Assembly (NCBI GenBank): GCA_944389215.1
Contig: CALXLN010000088.1
Location: forward strand, 24,379 to 88,378
Source: an uncultured Opitutales bacterium
GTDB taxonomy: Bacteria; Verrucomicrobiota; Verrucomicrobiia; Opitutales; Intestinicryptomonadaceae
Reading direction: 5' to 3'
DNA: 64,000 nt
The notes below the pieces were generated by a model. It saw only the letters and a list, made by a program, of their open reading frames with translations. It had not been told where the DNA came from and made no database searches. This document shows, piece after piece, positions 1 through 9,732 of the stretch; the first letter of the stretch is position 1; each line of letters opens with the position of its first letter. Both the position numbers and the translations under genes were made by a program.

Positions 1-149
1 GCACTCCCGCAAGAAAAAAACCTTCCGGAAACCGGACGGCAAAGGGATCAAAATCGACTACATAGTGGGAGGCAAAAATTTCCATCGAAATAAATGTTTG
101 AAGTATTTTATTTTTGGATTAAATTAAACGCGATTTTTTAATTTTATCA

Positions 150-1544
150 ATGAAAGAATTTGATTTAAAAGAACTCGTCGATTCCCGCTTCGGCGAAAAC
201 TACATACTTCACGACCGCTATGTAAATAAAACTTTTGCCACGGTTTTAAAGACAATCGGCTTCGACAAATGCTATAAGAGGGCAAAGGGCGCTTATTTGT
301 ACGACGCCGACGGAACGGAGTACCTCGACTTTCTTACCGGTTACGGAGTTTTCGGTATGGGGCGCAACCATCCGGTAATTGCAAAAGCGCTTAAGGACGC
401 AATCGATATGGATTTGCCCAACATGGTCCAGTTGGATTGCGCCCTATTGAGCGGACTCATGGGAGAGAGGCTCGTAAAACTTTTAAACAACCGTTGCACG
501 GCGTGTTTCTTTTGCAATTCTGGAACCGAAGCCAACGAAGGGGCTATAAAATTCGCGCGCGCGCATACTAAAAAATCGCGCATTCTTTCCTTGGCGGGAG
601 GCTATCACGGTCTTTCGTACGGTTCGCTTTCCATTACCGTAAGCCCGCATTTCCAGACGGGGTACGGCCCGTTTCTGCCTGGGGCGGAAAAGGTGCCGTA
701 CAACGATTTGGACGCACTTGAGTCCAAACTAAAAGAAGGGGACGTTGCGGCGTTCATATTTGAACCCGTTCAAGGCAAAGGCGTCCATATACCGTCTCCG
801 GATTACTTCCCCAAAGCGCAGGAACTTTGCCGCAAGTACGGAGCGTTGTTTATCGCCGACGAAGTTCAAACCGGGTTGGGCAGAACGGGCAAGTGGTTCG
901 GTTTCCAACACTGGAATTTGGATCCCGATATCGTAACGGTCGCAAAGGCCCTTAGCGGCGGATATGTACCGTGTGCGGCGTTTGTAACCACGCGCGAAAT
1001 CCACCAAAGCTCCTTCTCAACTCTGGACAGGTGTGTTGTTCATTCGACAACTTTCGGCAGAAACAATTTGGCTATGGTTTGCGGCTTGGCGTCGATATCT
1101 GTCTTGGAGAACGAAGGCATGGTCGAAAAGTCTGCTAAAATGGGAAAAATTCTTTTGGACAGGCTAAACGAATTAAAAGCCAAACACTCTTTCATAAAAG
1201 AAGTGCGCGGATTGGGAATGATGCTTGCAATAGAATTTAAGGAGCCCGATGGATTGGGGCAGAAACTAGCTTGGAAGGGGTTGAAAGCCGCAAACGACGC
1301 TCTGTTTACACAGATGGTCGTAACATCAATGATTGACAAGCATAAGATTCTCACCCAAGTTGCGAGCCACGGATTGGACGCCGTAAAAATTTTGCCTCCC
1401 TTTATAATTACAGAAAAGGAAGTCGACAAATTTGTAAACGCGCTTGATGATGTTCTCGCCAACGCCGCCAACGTAACGGGCCCCCTATGGAAGTTTGGAA
1501 CGCGCCTTTTGAAGGCGTCGCTGCAAAATAAAAAAGGCGTATGA
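150..1544 (+). CDS. Class III PLP-dependent aminotransferase (HpnO / ornithine-acetylornithine aminotransferase-like)
   Basis: Motifs YLDFLTGYG, NSGTEANEGA, FIFEPVQGKG, FIADEVQTGLGRTG, PLP-lysine in AKALSGG, HSTTFG. Confidence 0.88.
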   Translation: MKEFDLKELVDSRFGENYILHDRYVNKTFATVLKTIGFDKCYKRAKGAYLYDADGTEYLDFLTGYGVFGMGRNHPVIAKALKDAIDMDLPNMVQLDCALLSGLMGERLVKLLNNRCTACFFCNSGTEANEGAIKFARAHTKKSRILSLAGGYHGLSYGSLSITVSPHFQTGYGPFLPGAEKVPYNDLDALESKLKEGDVAAFIFEPVQGKGVHIPSPDYFPKAQELCRKYGALFIADEVQTGLGRTGKWFGFQHWNLDPDIVTVAKALSGGYVPCAAFVTTREIHQSSFSTLDRCVVHSTTFGRNNLAMVCGLASISVLENEGMVEKSAKMGKILLDRLNELKAKHSFIKEVRGLGMMLAIEFKEPDGLGQKLAWKGLKAANDALFTQMVVTSMIDKHKILTQVASHGLDAVKILPPFIITEKEVDKFVNALDDVLANAANVTGPLWKFGTRLLKASLQNKKGV

Positions 1545-2239
1545 TAAGCTATTCGGAATTTTGCGACAATTGCGCGCGCGTGGAGGAGCGCGTGCGCAAA
1601 GCCGCTGAGTCTTGCGGCAGGAATCCAGAAACGGTTAAAATTCTGCCGGTTACCAAAAACCATCCTTTGGATGCGGCCGGGTTTGCGTTTAGGCGCGGAT
1701 TCAAAAGTGTGGGCGAAAACCGCGTTCAAGAGGCTTCCGAAAAAATTGCTGCGGCTGATTTCCGTTTGGATTGGGAGCTTATAGGCCATCTTCAGTCCAA
1801 TAAGGCAAAGCACGCAGTGGCGAATTTTTCAAGAATCCAAAGTGTAGACACCCAAAAGCTTTTGAAGATTTTAGATTCCGCCGCGGCGGCGGCGGGAAAA
1901 GTCCAGCGCATATTGTTGCAGGTAAATGCGGGCAATGATCCGGCGAAGTTCGGCGCTGATATTTCCGATGCGCCCGAACTTTTGGGTTTCGCCCTGAAAT
2001 GTCCACATATATCCGTTGAAGGACTTATGACCATAGCTCCTCTGGATTCAGATTTGGACGTGGCGTCGGAGTGCTTTGCGAACTTGCGCAATTTGCGCGA
2101 TATTCTCCAAAAGGATTTTTCGCATCCGCTTCCGGAACTTTCCATGGGCATGACCGGAGATTTGGAAAGAGCCGTTGCGGAAGGTGCAACTATGGTAAGA
2201 ATTGGAACGGCGCTTTTTGGCGAGCGCGTTTATGCGTAG
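1541..2239 (+). CDS. yggS: PLP homeostasis protein, YggS/PROSC family
   Basis: VTK, GENRVQE, IGHLQSNK, GLMTI, LSMGMTGD, VRIGTALFG; ATGA overlap with upstream gene. Confidence 0.95.
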   Translation: MISYSEFCDNCARVEERVRKAAESCGRNPETVKILPVTKNHPLDAAGFAFRRGFKSVGENRVQEASEKIAAADFRLDWELIGHLQSNKAKHAVANFSRIQSVDTQKLLKILDSAAAAAGKVQRILLQVNAGNDPAKFGADISDAPELLGFALKCPHISVEGLMTIAPLDSDLDVASECFANLRNLRDILQKDFSHPLPELSMGMTGDLERAVAEGATMVRIGTALFGERVYA

Positions 2240-2243
2240 TTTT

Positions 2244-3155
2244 ATGGAAAAAGTCTTTTCAGCGGACGATTTGAACCGGGGAATATTTTCAGCCCGCAGC
2301 GCCGACACCAACCCTCCTTATTTTGCGGTTTTGGGCAAGCCCATTTCGCATTCTCAAAGTCCGCTTATGCAGAATGCCGCATTGGAAGAAATAGCAAAAA
2401 GCGACGTCCGATACAAAGGGTCGAGGTATTTTGCGTTTGAAGTGTCTCCGGAAGGCTTGTCTGATTCTTTGGATAAGTTCTGGAATAAAAATTTTGCGGG
2501 CATAAACCTTACGATTCCCCACAAGGAAATCGCCGCAAAATTGCTTTCGGATATGGAGGACGGCGCTAGGTTGGCTCGGGCGTGCAATACGCTTTTGCGG
2601 ACTTCCGATGGGTGGAAAGGCTTTAATACGGACGGGTTCGGATTGGAGGAGGCTGTAAGGTCGTCGTTGGGCAGAGATTTTAAAGGATCGGACGTCGTGG
2701 TTATAGGCGCGGGCGGAGCGGCGCGCGGGGCGGCCTTTCACATAGCCTCTTGCGGTTGCAAATCTTTGCTTATAGCCAATAGAACTCAGGAAAGGTTGGA
2801 CAGGCTGGTTTCCGATTTGAAAAATTCGGGATTTGAATGCTACGCAGCTTCTCTTGCGGATTGCGGGAAACTCGTTCCGGAAAATTCGATAGTCGTAAAC
2901 GCAACCTCCGTGGGTTTGAGGGATTCCGACTCTGCCGTCTTGGATTTTTCGGTTTTGCCCAAGTCAACAGTGTTTTTTGACATGCCGTACAGAAAAGGAT
3001 GCGAGACCGTTTCCGTGCTTTCCGCGCGCGCGGCGGGAATTCTTGCGTGCAGCGGTTTGCCGATGCTTGCTTGGCAGGGTGCGAAATCTCTTTCCATATG
3101 GACTGGCAAGCCGATGTTGGGCGAGCTGATGTTGAAAACCCTAAATGAAAGTTGA
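2244..3155 (+). CDS. aroE: Shikimate dehydrogenase
   Basis: GKPISHSQSP, NLTIPHK, NTDG, GAGGAARG, NRT. Start taken at ATG 2244 (alternative 2232). Confidence 0.92.
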   Translation: MEKVFSADDLNRGIFSARSADTNPPYFAVLGKPISHSQSPLMQNAALEEIAKSDVRYKGSRYFAFEVSPEGLSDSLDKFWNKNFAGINLTIPHKEIAAKLLSDMEDGARLARACNTLLRTSDGWKGFNTDGFGLEEAVRSSLGRDFKGSDVVVIGAGGAARGAAFHIASCGCKSLLIANRTQERLDRLVSDLKNSGFECYAASLADCGKLVPENSIVVNATSVGLRDSDSAVLDFSVLPKSTVFFDMPYRKGCETVSVLSARAAGILACSGLPMLAWQGAKSLSIWTGKPMLGELMLKTLNES

Positions 3156-4062
3156 AATGAATTTAGCAGAGACAAACGAAGCTTTTCCGCTGATATTTCA
3201 AATTTTTTTCTTCTGCTTCGGCGCGTGCGTAGGCAGTTTTCTTAATGTTTGCATATTCAGAATTCCTGCCGGAAAATCCATAGTGAGTCCGCCATCTCAC
3301 TGCGCTTGCGGCAAACCCATAGCTTGGTACGACAATATTCCGATACTGGCATGGTTTTTTCTCAGGGGGCGCGCCAGATGTTGCGGCTCTAGAATTTCTT
3401 TCCGCTATCCGCTCGTCGAAACTCTTACGGCGCTCGTATTTTTAGGGATGTGGTGCCTGCTTCCCCCTGTTCCGGCGCTGGCTGGTATGTTCTTTGCCTC
3501 ACTTATGATTTTCTGCGCGTTTGTCGACATAGACACAATGACTTTGCCGGATTTTGCCACTGTGGGAGGGACTCTCTTGGGCTTTTTAATTTCGCTTTTG
3601 CTGCCTGGATTCCACGGAATAGAAGTGGAAGGAGCGCCGTATTTTGTGTCTATGATTTCGTCTGCGGTAACTTCCGCCGTGGGAATAGCGGTGGGGTCGG
3701 GAATCGTTTATTGGATAAGGCTTCTGGGAGAATGCGTTTTTGGGCGCGAGGCCATGGGTGAGGGAGACGTGATTTTGGCGGGGTGCATAGGGGCATTTTG
3801 CGGATGGCAGGGAGCGGTATTTGCCGTATTCGGGGGATCAGTAATAGGAGCGTTTTTATTGCTTCCCATTCTTGCGGCTGCAAAACTGTTCGGCAAAAAA
3901 AGATCGCGCAAAAATAAAAAAATCTCGGATGGGGAAGATTTCGGAGATTCGGCGGTTGTCCCATTCGGCCCGTGGTTGGCTTTGGGAGCGATTTTGTATT
4001 ATATGTTTCTTTCGGATTTTGTCGACGCGTATTTCGCAAACTTTGCCTTGGCGATATTTTAA
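3145..4062 (+). CDS. pilD: Prepilin peptidase, A24 family
   Basis: GSFLNVCIFRIP, WYDNIP, ISFRYPLVE, catalytic Asp motifs FVDID and MGEGD, PFGPWL; multiple TM helices. Confidence 0.92.
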   Translation: MKVEMNLAETNEAFPLIFQIFFFCFGACVGSFLNVCIFRIPAGKSIVSPPSHCACGKPIAWYDNIPILAWFFLRGRARCCGSRISFRYPLVETLTALVFLGMWCLLPPVPALAGMFFASLMIFCAFVDIDTMTLPDFATVGGTLLGFLISLLLPGFHGIEVEGAPYFVSMISSAVTSAVGIAVGSGIVYWIRLLGECVFGREAMGEGDVILAGCIGAFCGWQGAVFAVFGGSVIGAFLLLPILAAAKLFGKKRSRKNKKISDGEDFGDSAVVPFGPWLALGAILYYMFLSDFVDAYFANFALAIF

Positions 4063-4074
4063 TTGTTTGATAAG

Positions 4075-4992
4075 ATGACAAACAAACCTCAGCTTCTGGA
4101 AAATTTTATATTCCGCATAGCCAACCAGCGCCGGTATTCTGCGTACACATGCAGAAATTATTCCGAAGCCGTAAAAGAATTTTTTGCATGGCTGGATTCC
4201 AACGAATTCGCCTGCGGCGATATCTCGAAATTCGACAGGCGTTTGGCGCGCGAGTACGTCATGGAGCTTTCTTTTAAATTTAAGCCGGCAACAACCCACA
4301 ATAAAATTTCCGCGCTTCGTTCGTTTTTCACGTTTCTGATTCAGACATACGAACTCGACTCCAACCCTTTTTCCTCAGTGCGCTTGACCAAACTTAAAAA
4401 AGATATTCCCGTATTTTTAAGCCAGGCACAGCTTCCTACGCTTTTGGGGGCTCCGTGGACTTTTTTAGAAGAGGGAAAAATAGACAAGCTTGTGGCGGTT
4501 AGAGATTCGCTTTGCTTGGAGCTTCTATACGGCGCGGGATTGCGCGTCAGCGAACTTTGCTCCCTTCGCTGGGGAGACATCGATTTTCAAACGAATTCCG
4601 CCAGGATACTTGGGAAGGGAAACAAAGTCCGATTTTGCCCTTTCGGCGAAAGCGCCGGTGAAATTTTGCGCAAATGGCATAGCGATTTTGCGCCGGACAA
4701 AAATCCCGACGACTTTGTGTTGTGTTCTCCGACCGGCAAGAAAATGTATCCGCGCTTTATTCAGCTTGAATTAAAAAAATATTTGCGCCACTTTGGGCTT
4801 CCGGAAAATGTAACCCCACACAAACTCAGGCATTCTTTTGCGACGCATCTTGTAAACGGAGGCGCCGATTTGCGCGCCGTGCAGGAAATGCTTGGGCATT
4901 CCAGCTTGTCCACTACCCAGATTTACACCCATATCGGAATGCGTAAGCTATTGGACGAATACCGTTTGGCGCACCCGAGGGCAAGGGAATAG
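4075..4992 (+). CDS. xerC: Tyrosine recombinase XerC/XerD family
   Basis: LYGAGLRVSEL, GKGNKVR, HKLRHSFATH, LGHSSLSTTQIY give a complete R-K-H-R-H-Y set. Chromosomal context; XerC versus XerD is not certain. Confidence 0.85.
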   Translation: MTNKPQLLENFIFRIANQRRYSAYTCRNYSEAVKEFFAWLDSNEFACGDISKFDRRLAREYVMELSFKFKPATTHNKISALRSFFTFLIQTYELDSNPFSSVRLTKLKKDIPVFLSQAQLPTLLGAPWTFLEEGKIDKLVAVRDSLCLELLYGAGLRVSELCSLRWGDIDFQTNSARILGKGNKVRFCPFGESAGEILRKWHSDFAPDKNPDDFVLCSPTGKKMYPRFIQLELKKYLRHFGLPENVTPHKLRHSFATHLVNGGADLRAVQEMLGHSSLSTTQIYTHIGMRKLLDEYRLAHPRARE

Positions 4993-5133
4993 TTTTTTCC
5001 CGTCTCCGCGTCGGAATTTGCAAGTTGCGGGAGGGAGGTTGCCGTTTGGCGCATACGCAGGCAAGGAAATATTTTTTACGTTGCCTTTGCGTCGAAGTTT
5101 ACAGGCTGTTGGACGAATACCGTTGGCGTGTCC
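4951..5133 (+). repeat. Degenerate tandem repeat, about 80-bp unit, about 2.3 copies, starting inside the xerC 3' end
   Basis: CCGTTTGGCGCA at 4962 and 5042; GCAAGG at 4981 and 5061; TTGGACGAATACCGTT at 4951 and 5109. Confidence 0.75.
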
Positions 5134-5155
5134 TAGAATAATTAAATAGTTTACT

Positions 5156-6658
5156 CTACAACAAGTAGGCCGCGCATAGAATTGTCGTCGGAATTGCCGC
5201 CCATAAAACCAGTTTTATGGGAGAAACGCCTCCTTTGAAATATTTGGATAATATCGATATTCCCGCGGGATTCGGCGCATTGGCGATTACGGTAAGTCCT
5301 CCTCCGGCGACGGCGCCGGCAACAACCATATATTTCATGGTGTCGTCGAAATTTGGAACGAGGGTTGCAAGGTAAGTGATGGCGGCGTTGTCGTTAAATG
5401 CTGTCAACGCCAGAGACCCAAAGAAAAGTTCATTGTGGCCGAAACTTGTCAGAGTCGGCTCAATCCACCATCCTTGAAGGCTGCCGTGGGCTACTAGGGC
5501 CGCCAGAAAAAGTCCCACCAAAAGTTGGGCTTTGAACGTTATCTTATATTGGTATTCTTGCGTCATTTCCACAAATGCGGCGAATGCGAGAAATATAAAA
5601 ATCATCAGCGTCGGGTGGTGAAGGGTGGAGACTATTCCCCCCAAAAACGCCAAATGAGCGGCTACCAAAATTTTTGGCGCGCGCAGACGTTTTTGAACAG
5701 CCTCAGGCGCGCTTTCTGCCCTAAGTTTTATCGCGGAAAATTCCTTGCCAAACATAAACATTACAAGCAGCGCTCCTGCGAAAATAGCAATGCCGGATTT
5801 TAACCCGAAATGCCAGAACATAAACGCGCTGTCCCAATCCCATGCTCCCGCCACCATTAATACAGGAGGCGCAGAAAAGTGCGTTAGCGTCCCGCCTGCG
5901 GAGATTGCGGCAAGCAATATTCCAAGTGTCGCGTATTTAAAATTTTCGCTCGGCTCAAACGCGTAAATTTTTCGTGCAAGAAGCACGGCGCATATCGTTA
6001 TTGCCGCGGGTTCTGTTATGAAAGAGCCAAGCAGCGAGCCTACGCAAAGAATCGCCACCCACCACCCGCGCGCCTCTCCGCCGCCGAGCTTCGCAAAAAT
6101 TTTTGCGAAAACGCTTATTACATCTTCGGAGAACTGTATTATCGGGCGCGTTGCCGAAACGCACATCACAAATACCACGAACACAGGCTCAACAAACTTC
6201 CTCTTTTCAAATGTGAGCCAATCTATATAAGCGGTCAGGCCGTCCCATCCGAAATATATCCAGAATCCCGCAAACAGCGGAATCAGCCATAGAGCGAAAA
6301 TTATTTCAACTTCTCCCGCCAAATGAAATAGCCGGACTAAAAATTTTTTTCCGGGCGCAATTTCGCCGTTCTCGCCTCTGGCGGCGGATTTTTCTATCTT
6401 GTCTCCGACGCGCAGAAATAGCCTGTGGCAAAAAGTGTGCAGAATGGCAAAAATGAATATTATCGCCGCAAATGCGTTGAACGGCTCGAATTTAGCGCGC
6501 TCTGCGATTGTGTTTAACAGGTTCCCCGATGCCTGGGGATAGTCGGAAAGCTGCAGCGGATAGGCAAGCGCTGCTGGATTTTCCGCAGCTGCCGCCGGAA
6601 TCGCCGCAAGCATGGCGGCAAAGGCCAGCAGTTTGAAGGTTGTAATTGTTATGCGCAT
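5156..6658 (-). CDS. Putative Na+/H+ antiporter (Na_H_antiport_3 / DUF1504-like) with N-terminal signal peptide
   Basis: Many TM helices; GEVE, GSFITEPAA, GGTLTHF, HGSLQGWW, NDNAAITYL, GGGLTVIANAPNPAG. Start at ATG 6658 (MRITITT). Confidence 0.8.
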   Translation of the reverse strand: MRITITTFKLLAFAAMLAAIPAAAAENPAALAYPLQLSDYPQASGNLLNTIAERAKFEPFNAFAAIIFIFAILHTFCHRLFLRVGDKIEKSAARGENGEIAPGKKFLVRLFHLAGEVEIIFALWLIPLFAGFWIYFGWDGLTAYIDWLTFEKRKFVEPVFVVFVMCVSATRPIIQFSEDVISVFAKIFAKLGGGEARGWWVAILCVGSLLGSFITEPAAITICAVLLARKIYAFEPSENFKYATLGILLAAISAGGTLTHFSAPPVLMVAGAWDWDSAFMFWHFGLKSGIAIFAGALLVMFMFGKEFSAIKLRAESAPEAVQKRLRAPKILVAAHLAFLGGIVSTLHHPTLMIFIFLAFAAFVEMTQEYQYKITFKAQLLVGLFLAALVAHGSLQGWWIEPTLTSFGHNELFFGSLALTAFNDNAAITYLATLVPNFDDTMKYMVVAGAVAGGGLTVIANAPNPAGISILSKYFKGGVSPIKLVLWAAIPTTILCAAYLL

Positions 6659-6684
6659 CTGTATTTTATCGGCAAAATAGGAGT

Positions 6685-6713
6685 AAAAAAAAAGCGCGCC
6701 GCATTCGGCGCGC
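6685..6713 (-). terminator. Rho-independent terminator after fumarase
   Basis: GCGCGCCG/CGGCGCGC 8-bp stem followed by a 9-nt U tract on the minus strand. Confidence 0.8.
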
Positions 6714-6725
6714 CGCAAAGATTTA

Positions 6726-8345
6726 TTACAACATTTTGAAGAAGTCGTTGCCCTTGTCGTCCACGAGTATGAATGCGGGGAAGTTTTCGACTTCTATTTT
6801 CCAAATCGCTTCCATACCGAGTTCGGGGTACTCCAATAGTTCGACTTTCTTAATATTTTCCTTTGCCAGAATAGCTGCGGGGCCGCCTATGGAACCCAGA
6901 TAGAATCCGCCGTGCTTTTTGCAGGCGTCTGTAACTGCTTGCGAGCGGTTCCCCTTTGCTATCATTATCATGCTTCCGCCGTTGGATTGGAACAAATCCA
7001 CGTACGGATCCATTCTTCCCGCCGTTGTCGGGCCGAACGAACCGGACGGCATGCCCGCCGGAGTTTTTGCGGGGCCTGCATAATATATGGGATGGTCTTT
7101 TATATACTGCGGCAGCCCTTCGCCCCTGTCCAAACGCTCCTTTAATTTGGCGTGGGCGATGTCTCTGCCGACGATTATCGTGCCGTTGAGCTTAAGGCGC
7201 GTCTTTACGGGATATTTTGAAAGCTCTTTAAGTATCTCCGGCATCGGGCGGTTCAAATCTATTTCAACTGCGCCGTCGGAAGTGTTCACATCGCGGTATT
7301 CTTCAGGAATGTACTTGGCGGGGTCGGTTTCAAGTTCCTCGAGCCAAATTCCGTCCGCGTCGATTTTTGCCTTCATATTGCGGTCGGCGGAGCACGATAC
7401 TCCCAATCCTATCGGGCAGCTTGCTCCATGGCGCGGCATGCGGATTATCCTTACGTCCAAGGCAAAGTTGGCGCCGCCGAATTGCGCGCCTATCCCAAGC
7501 TTTCTAGACTCCGCCAAAAGCTCTTTTTCAAGCTCTACATCGCGGAAAGCGTGGCCGAGTTCGTTGCCTTTTGTGGGGAGGTTGTCCAAGTATTTAGTGG
7601 AGGCAAGCTTTACGTTTTTCAAGCAGGCTTCCGCGCTTGTCCCTCCCACGACAAATGCTATGTGGTATGGCGGACACGCCGCCGTTCCCAATCCCTTCAT
7701 CTTTTCAATCATGAACGGAATTAGCCTTTCGCGGGTGAGGATGGCTTTTGTTTCCTGATAGAGGTAAGTCTTGTTCGCGCTTCCGCCGCCTTTGGCTACA
7801 AACAGAAATTCGTATTTGTCGGAATCGGTGGCGTACAGGTCGATTTGAGCGGGAAGGTTGCAGCCGGTATTGACTTCATCCCACATATTCAAAGGAGCGT
7901 TTTGTGAGTAGCGCAAATTCTCCTGCGTGTAGCAGTCGTATACGCCCTTTGACAAATATTCTTCGTCGCATGCGCCTGTCCAGACGCTTTGGCCTTTTTT
8001 GCCGATGATAGTCGCCGTTCCTGTGTCTTGGCAGAAGGGCAGTTTGCCCATTGCGGCGACTTCGGCATTGCGAAGCATTGTAAGGGCCACGCTCTTGTCG
8101 TTTTCCGACGCCTCTGGATCCTTTAGAATTTGCGCCACGAGCTTTAAGTGCCCCGGACGCAGGAGAAACGACACATTGCGCATCGCATTGCGCGCCAACA
8201 CTGCCAGTCCTTCGGGGTCTATCTTCAGGATTTTTTTGCCTTCAAATTCGGCTGTTGAAACATAGTCCTTTGTCAGCAAAACGTATTTTGTGTCGTCTTT
8301 GCCGAGCGGGAACATTTTTTGGTATTTAAACGGAGGAGTAGCCAT
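6726..8345 (-). CDS. fumA: Class I (Fe-S) fumarate hydratase
   Basis: [49 protein letters not shown]. Start at ATG 8345. Confidence 0.95.
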   Translation of the reverse strand: MATPPFKYQKMFPLGKDDTKYVLLTKDYVSTAEFEGKKILKIDPEGLAVLARNAMRNVSFLLRPGHLKLVAQILKDPEASENDKSVALTMLRNAEVAAMGKLPFCQDTGTATIIGKKGQSVWTGACDEEYLSKGVYDCYTQENLRYSQNAPLNMWDEVNTGCNLPAQIDLYATDSDKYEFLFVAKGGGSANKTYLYQETKAILTRERLIPFMIEKMKGLGTAACPPYHIAFVVGGTSAEACLKNVKLASTKYLDNLPTKGNELGHAFRDVELEKELLAESRKLGIGAQFGGANFALDVRIIRMPRHGASCPIGLGVSCSADRNMKAKIDADGIWLEELETDPAKYIPEEYRDVNTSDGAVEIDLNRPMPEILKELSKYPVKTRLKLNGTIIVGRDIAHAKLKERLDRGEGLPQYIKDHPIYYAGPAKTPAGMPSGSFGPTTAGRMDPYVDLFQSNGGSMIMIAKGNRSQAVTDACKKHGGFYLGSIGGPAAILAKENIKKVELLEYPELGMEAIWKIEVENFPAFILVDDKGNDFFKML

Positions 8346-8495
8346 AATTTTTGAGCCATTATCGAACAATTATTTTTTTCTACAACTCTTTTTTTTTATT
8401 TATGCGGATGGCTGTTTTTATGTTAAAATTTGCTTCTATGCTCTCCAAGGCAAAAAAAACTTGCGAACAATCGATTTTTTTACGATTATATAGCT

Positions 8496-9347
8496 ATGAA
8501 ATCTGATTTTTCCAAGTCCAGAAACGGCGGCTGCCTCTTTAAGCTGGTAAAGTTGGCGATATTAGTCGCGTTGATTCTAATTGTTGTCGCGTATTTTAGC
8601 ATTACTTATATTGCCGATTACGCCTTGAAAACCATTACTTCGGGCACTGGAATTGAGTCCGGGGTGGGCTCTATCTCCATGAGCCTGACGAAACAGCAAT
8701 TGGACGTTAAAAATTTCTTTCTTACAAATCCGCCAAACTATAAAAAGTGCAACGCAATTTCCTTTAAGAACGCTTTTGTGGACACGGATATCAGCCCCAT
8801 GAAATTCTTGAAAGACAAAATTTTGGTGGTTGACGAAATCAAAATTGACGGCCTGTTTTTAAATTTGGATTTGCGTACGGGCAGCGGGTTGTCGGCACTG
8901 TTGACGTCGCCTAAATCGAACATTACCGAGATTTCCGAAATTCTCCAAAAGTCGCTTGGCATTGATCCCAGCGTCGCGGAGGAAGAGCCTTCTTCCGAGC
9001 CTGCGCCTAAATCCCAGCCTGACAATTCCGAGCCTATGAGATTTATAATCAAAAAAATAGTCTTTGCCGACGGCACCGTTAGCGGGGCGTTTAACAACAA
9101 AGGTTTTGAATTTCCCTTGCCGTCTTTCACAATAGAAAATATCGGCGTGCGTGAAAACGGACTCACCGGCGGAGAATTGGCGGTAAAGCTTACGGGTATT
9201 ATAGGAACGCGCGTAACATTGGACGCCGTCAAACACATTACAAAAGAGTCCGTCAACATTACTGAAGACGCCGCGAAAGACGGCGTGGATGCGACCAAAG
9301 ACGTTGGTAAAAACATATCCAACGCAATAAAAAGCATATTCAATTAA
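8496..9347 (+). CDS. Membrane-anchored AsmA-like hypothetical protein
   Basis: Single N-terminal TM followed by beta-rich region (LTNPPNY, LVVDEIKIDG, FIIKKIVFADG, LPSFTIENIG) typical of short AsmA-family proteins. Confidence 0.6.
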   Translation: MKSDFSKSRNGGCLFKLVKLAILVALILIVVAYFSITYIADYALKTITSGTGIESGVGSISMSLTKQQLDVKNFFLTNPPNYKKCNAISFKNAFVDTDISPMKFLKDKILVVDEIKIDGLFLNLDLRTGSGLSALLTSPKSNITEISEILQKSLGIDPSVAEEEPSSEPAPKSQPDNSEPMRFIIKKIVFADGTVSGAFNNKGFEFPLPSFTIENIGVRENGLTGGELAVKLTGIIGTRVTLDAVKHITKESVNITEDAAKDGVDATKDVGKNISNAIKSIFN

Positions 9348-9732
9348 ATTGAAGTTTGCTCTTGGCGCTTGAGGAGATGGCAATCTGCGGGTCGAAACGG
9401 ATTTTTTCTGGAATTTTGTTCCGGCTCTTTTTGTTGTGTCTCCCCGGAGCGCTTTTTCCACGCGTGGCCGGGTTGGCGGATTGTTGCAACTCTACGCGAT
9501 TGAAACGGCGTTTGCAGAATATTTTGGATTTTTTAGGGCATTGCGGAAAAAACTTTTTGGAGGCTGCAAAAAGTTAAATTATTTTGCCGCTTTTCGGCGG
9601 ACATGGCGGCGACGGAATAAAGTTTGAAAATATGCTTGCAGTAGGGGTAGTAAAATCAGAAAATTTGCGGCAATAACAAATGTGCGCGCCCGAAAGTCCG
9701 CTTGCTTAGGACTTTCATTAAAATTTTAAAAT

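Noticed and set aside
1-102. Possible 3' end of an upstream + strand gene
   Set aside because: Two frames are open (stops at about 91 and 102) and neither is recognisable, so no call can be supported
4075-4992. Tyrosine recombinase as a phage or island integrase
   Set aside because: Typical Xer size and motifs, closely spaced with housekeeping genes, and no cargo, tRNA or flanking att pair
4951-5133. CRISPR mini-array
   Set aside because: The whole unit is degenerate rather than identical repeats with unique spacers, and there are no cas genes
9356-9627. Short ORFs of 73 and 63 aa in the leader region
   Set aside because: Non-ATG starts, no RBS, mutually overlapping, composition looks non-coding
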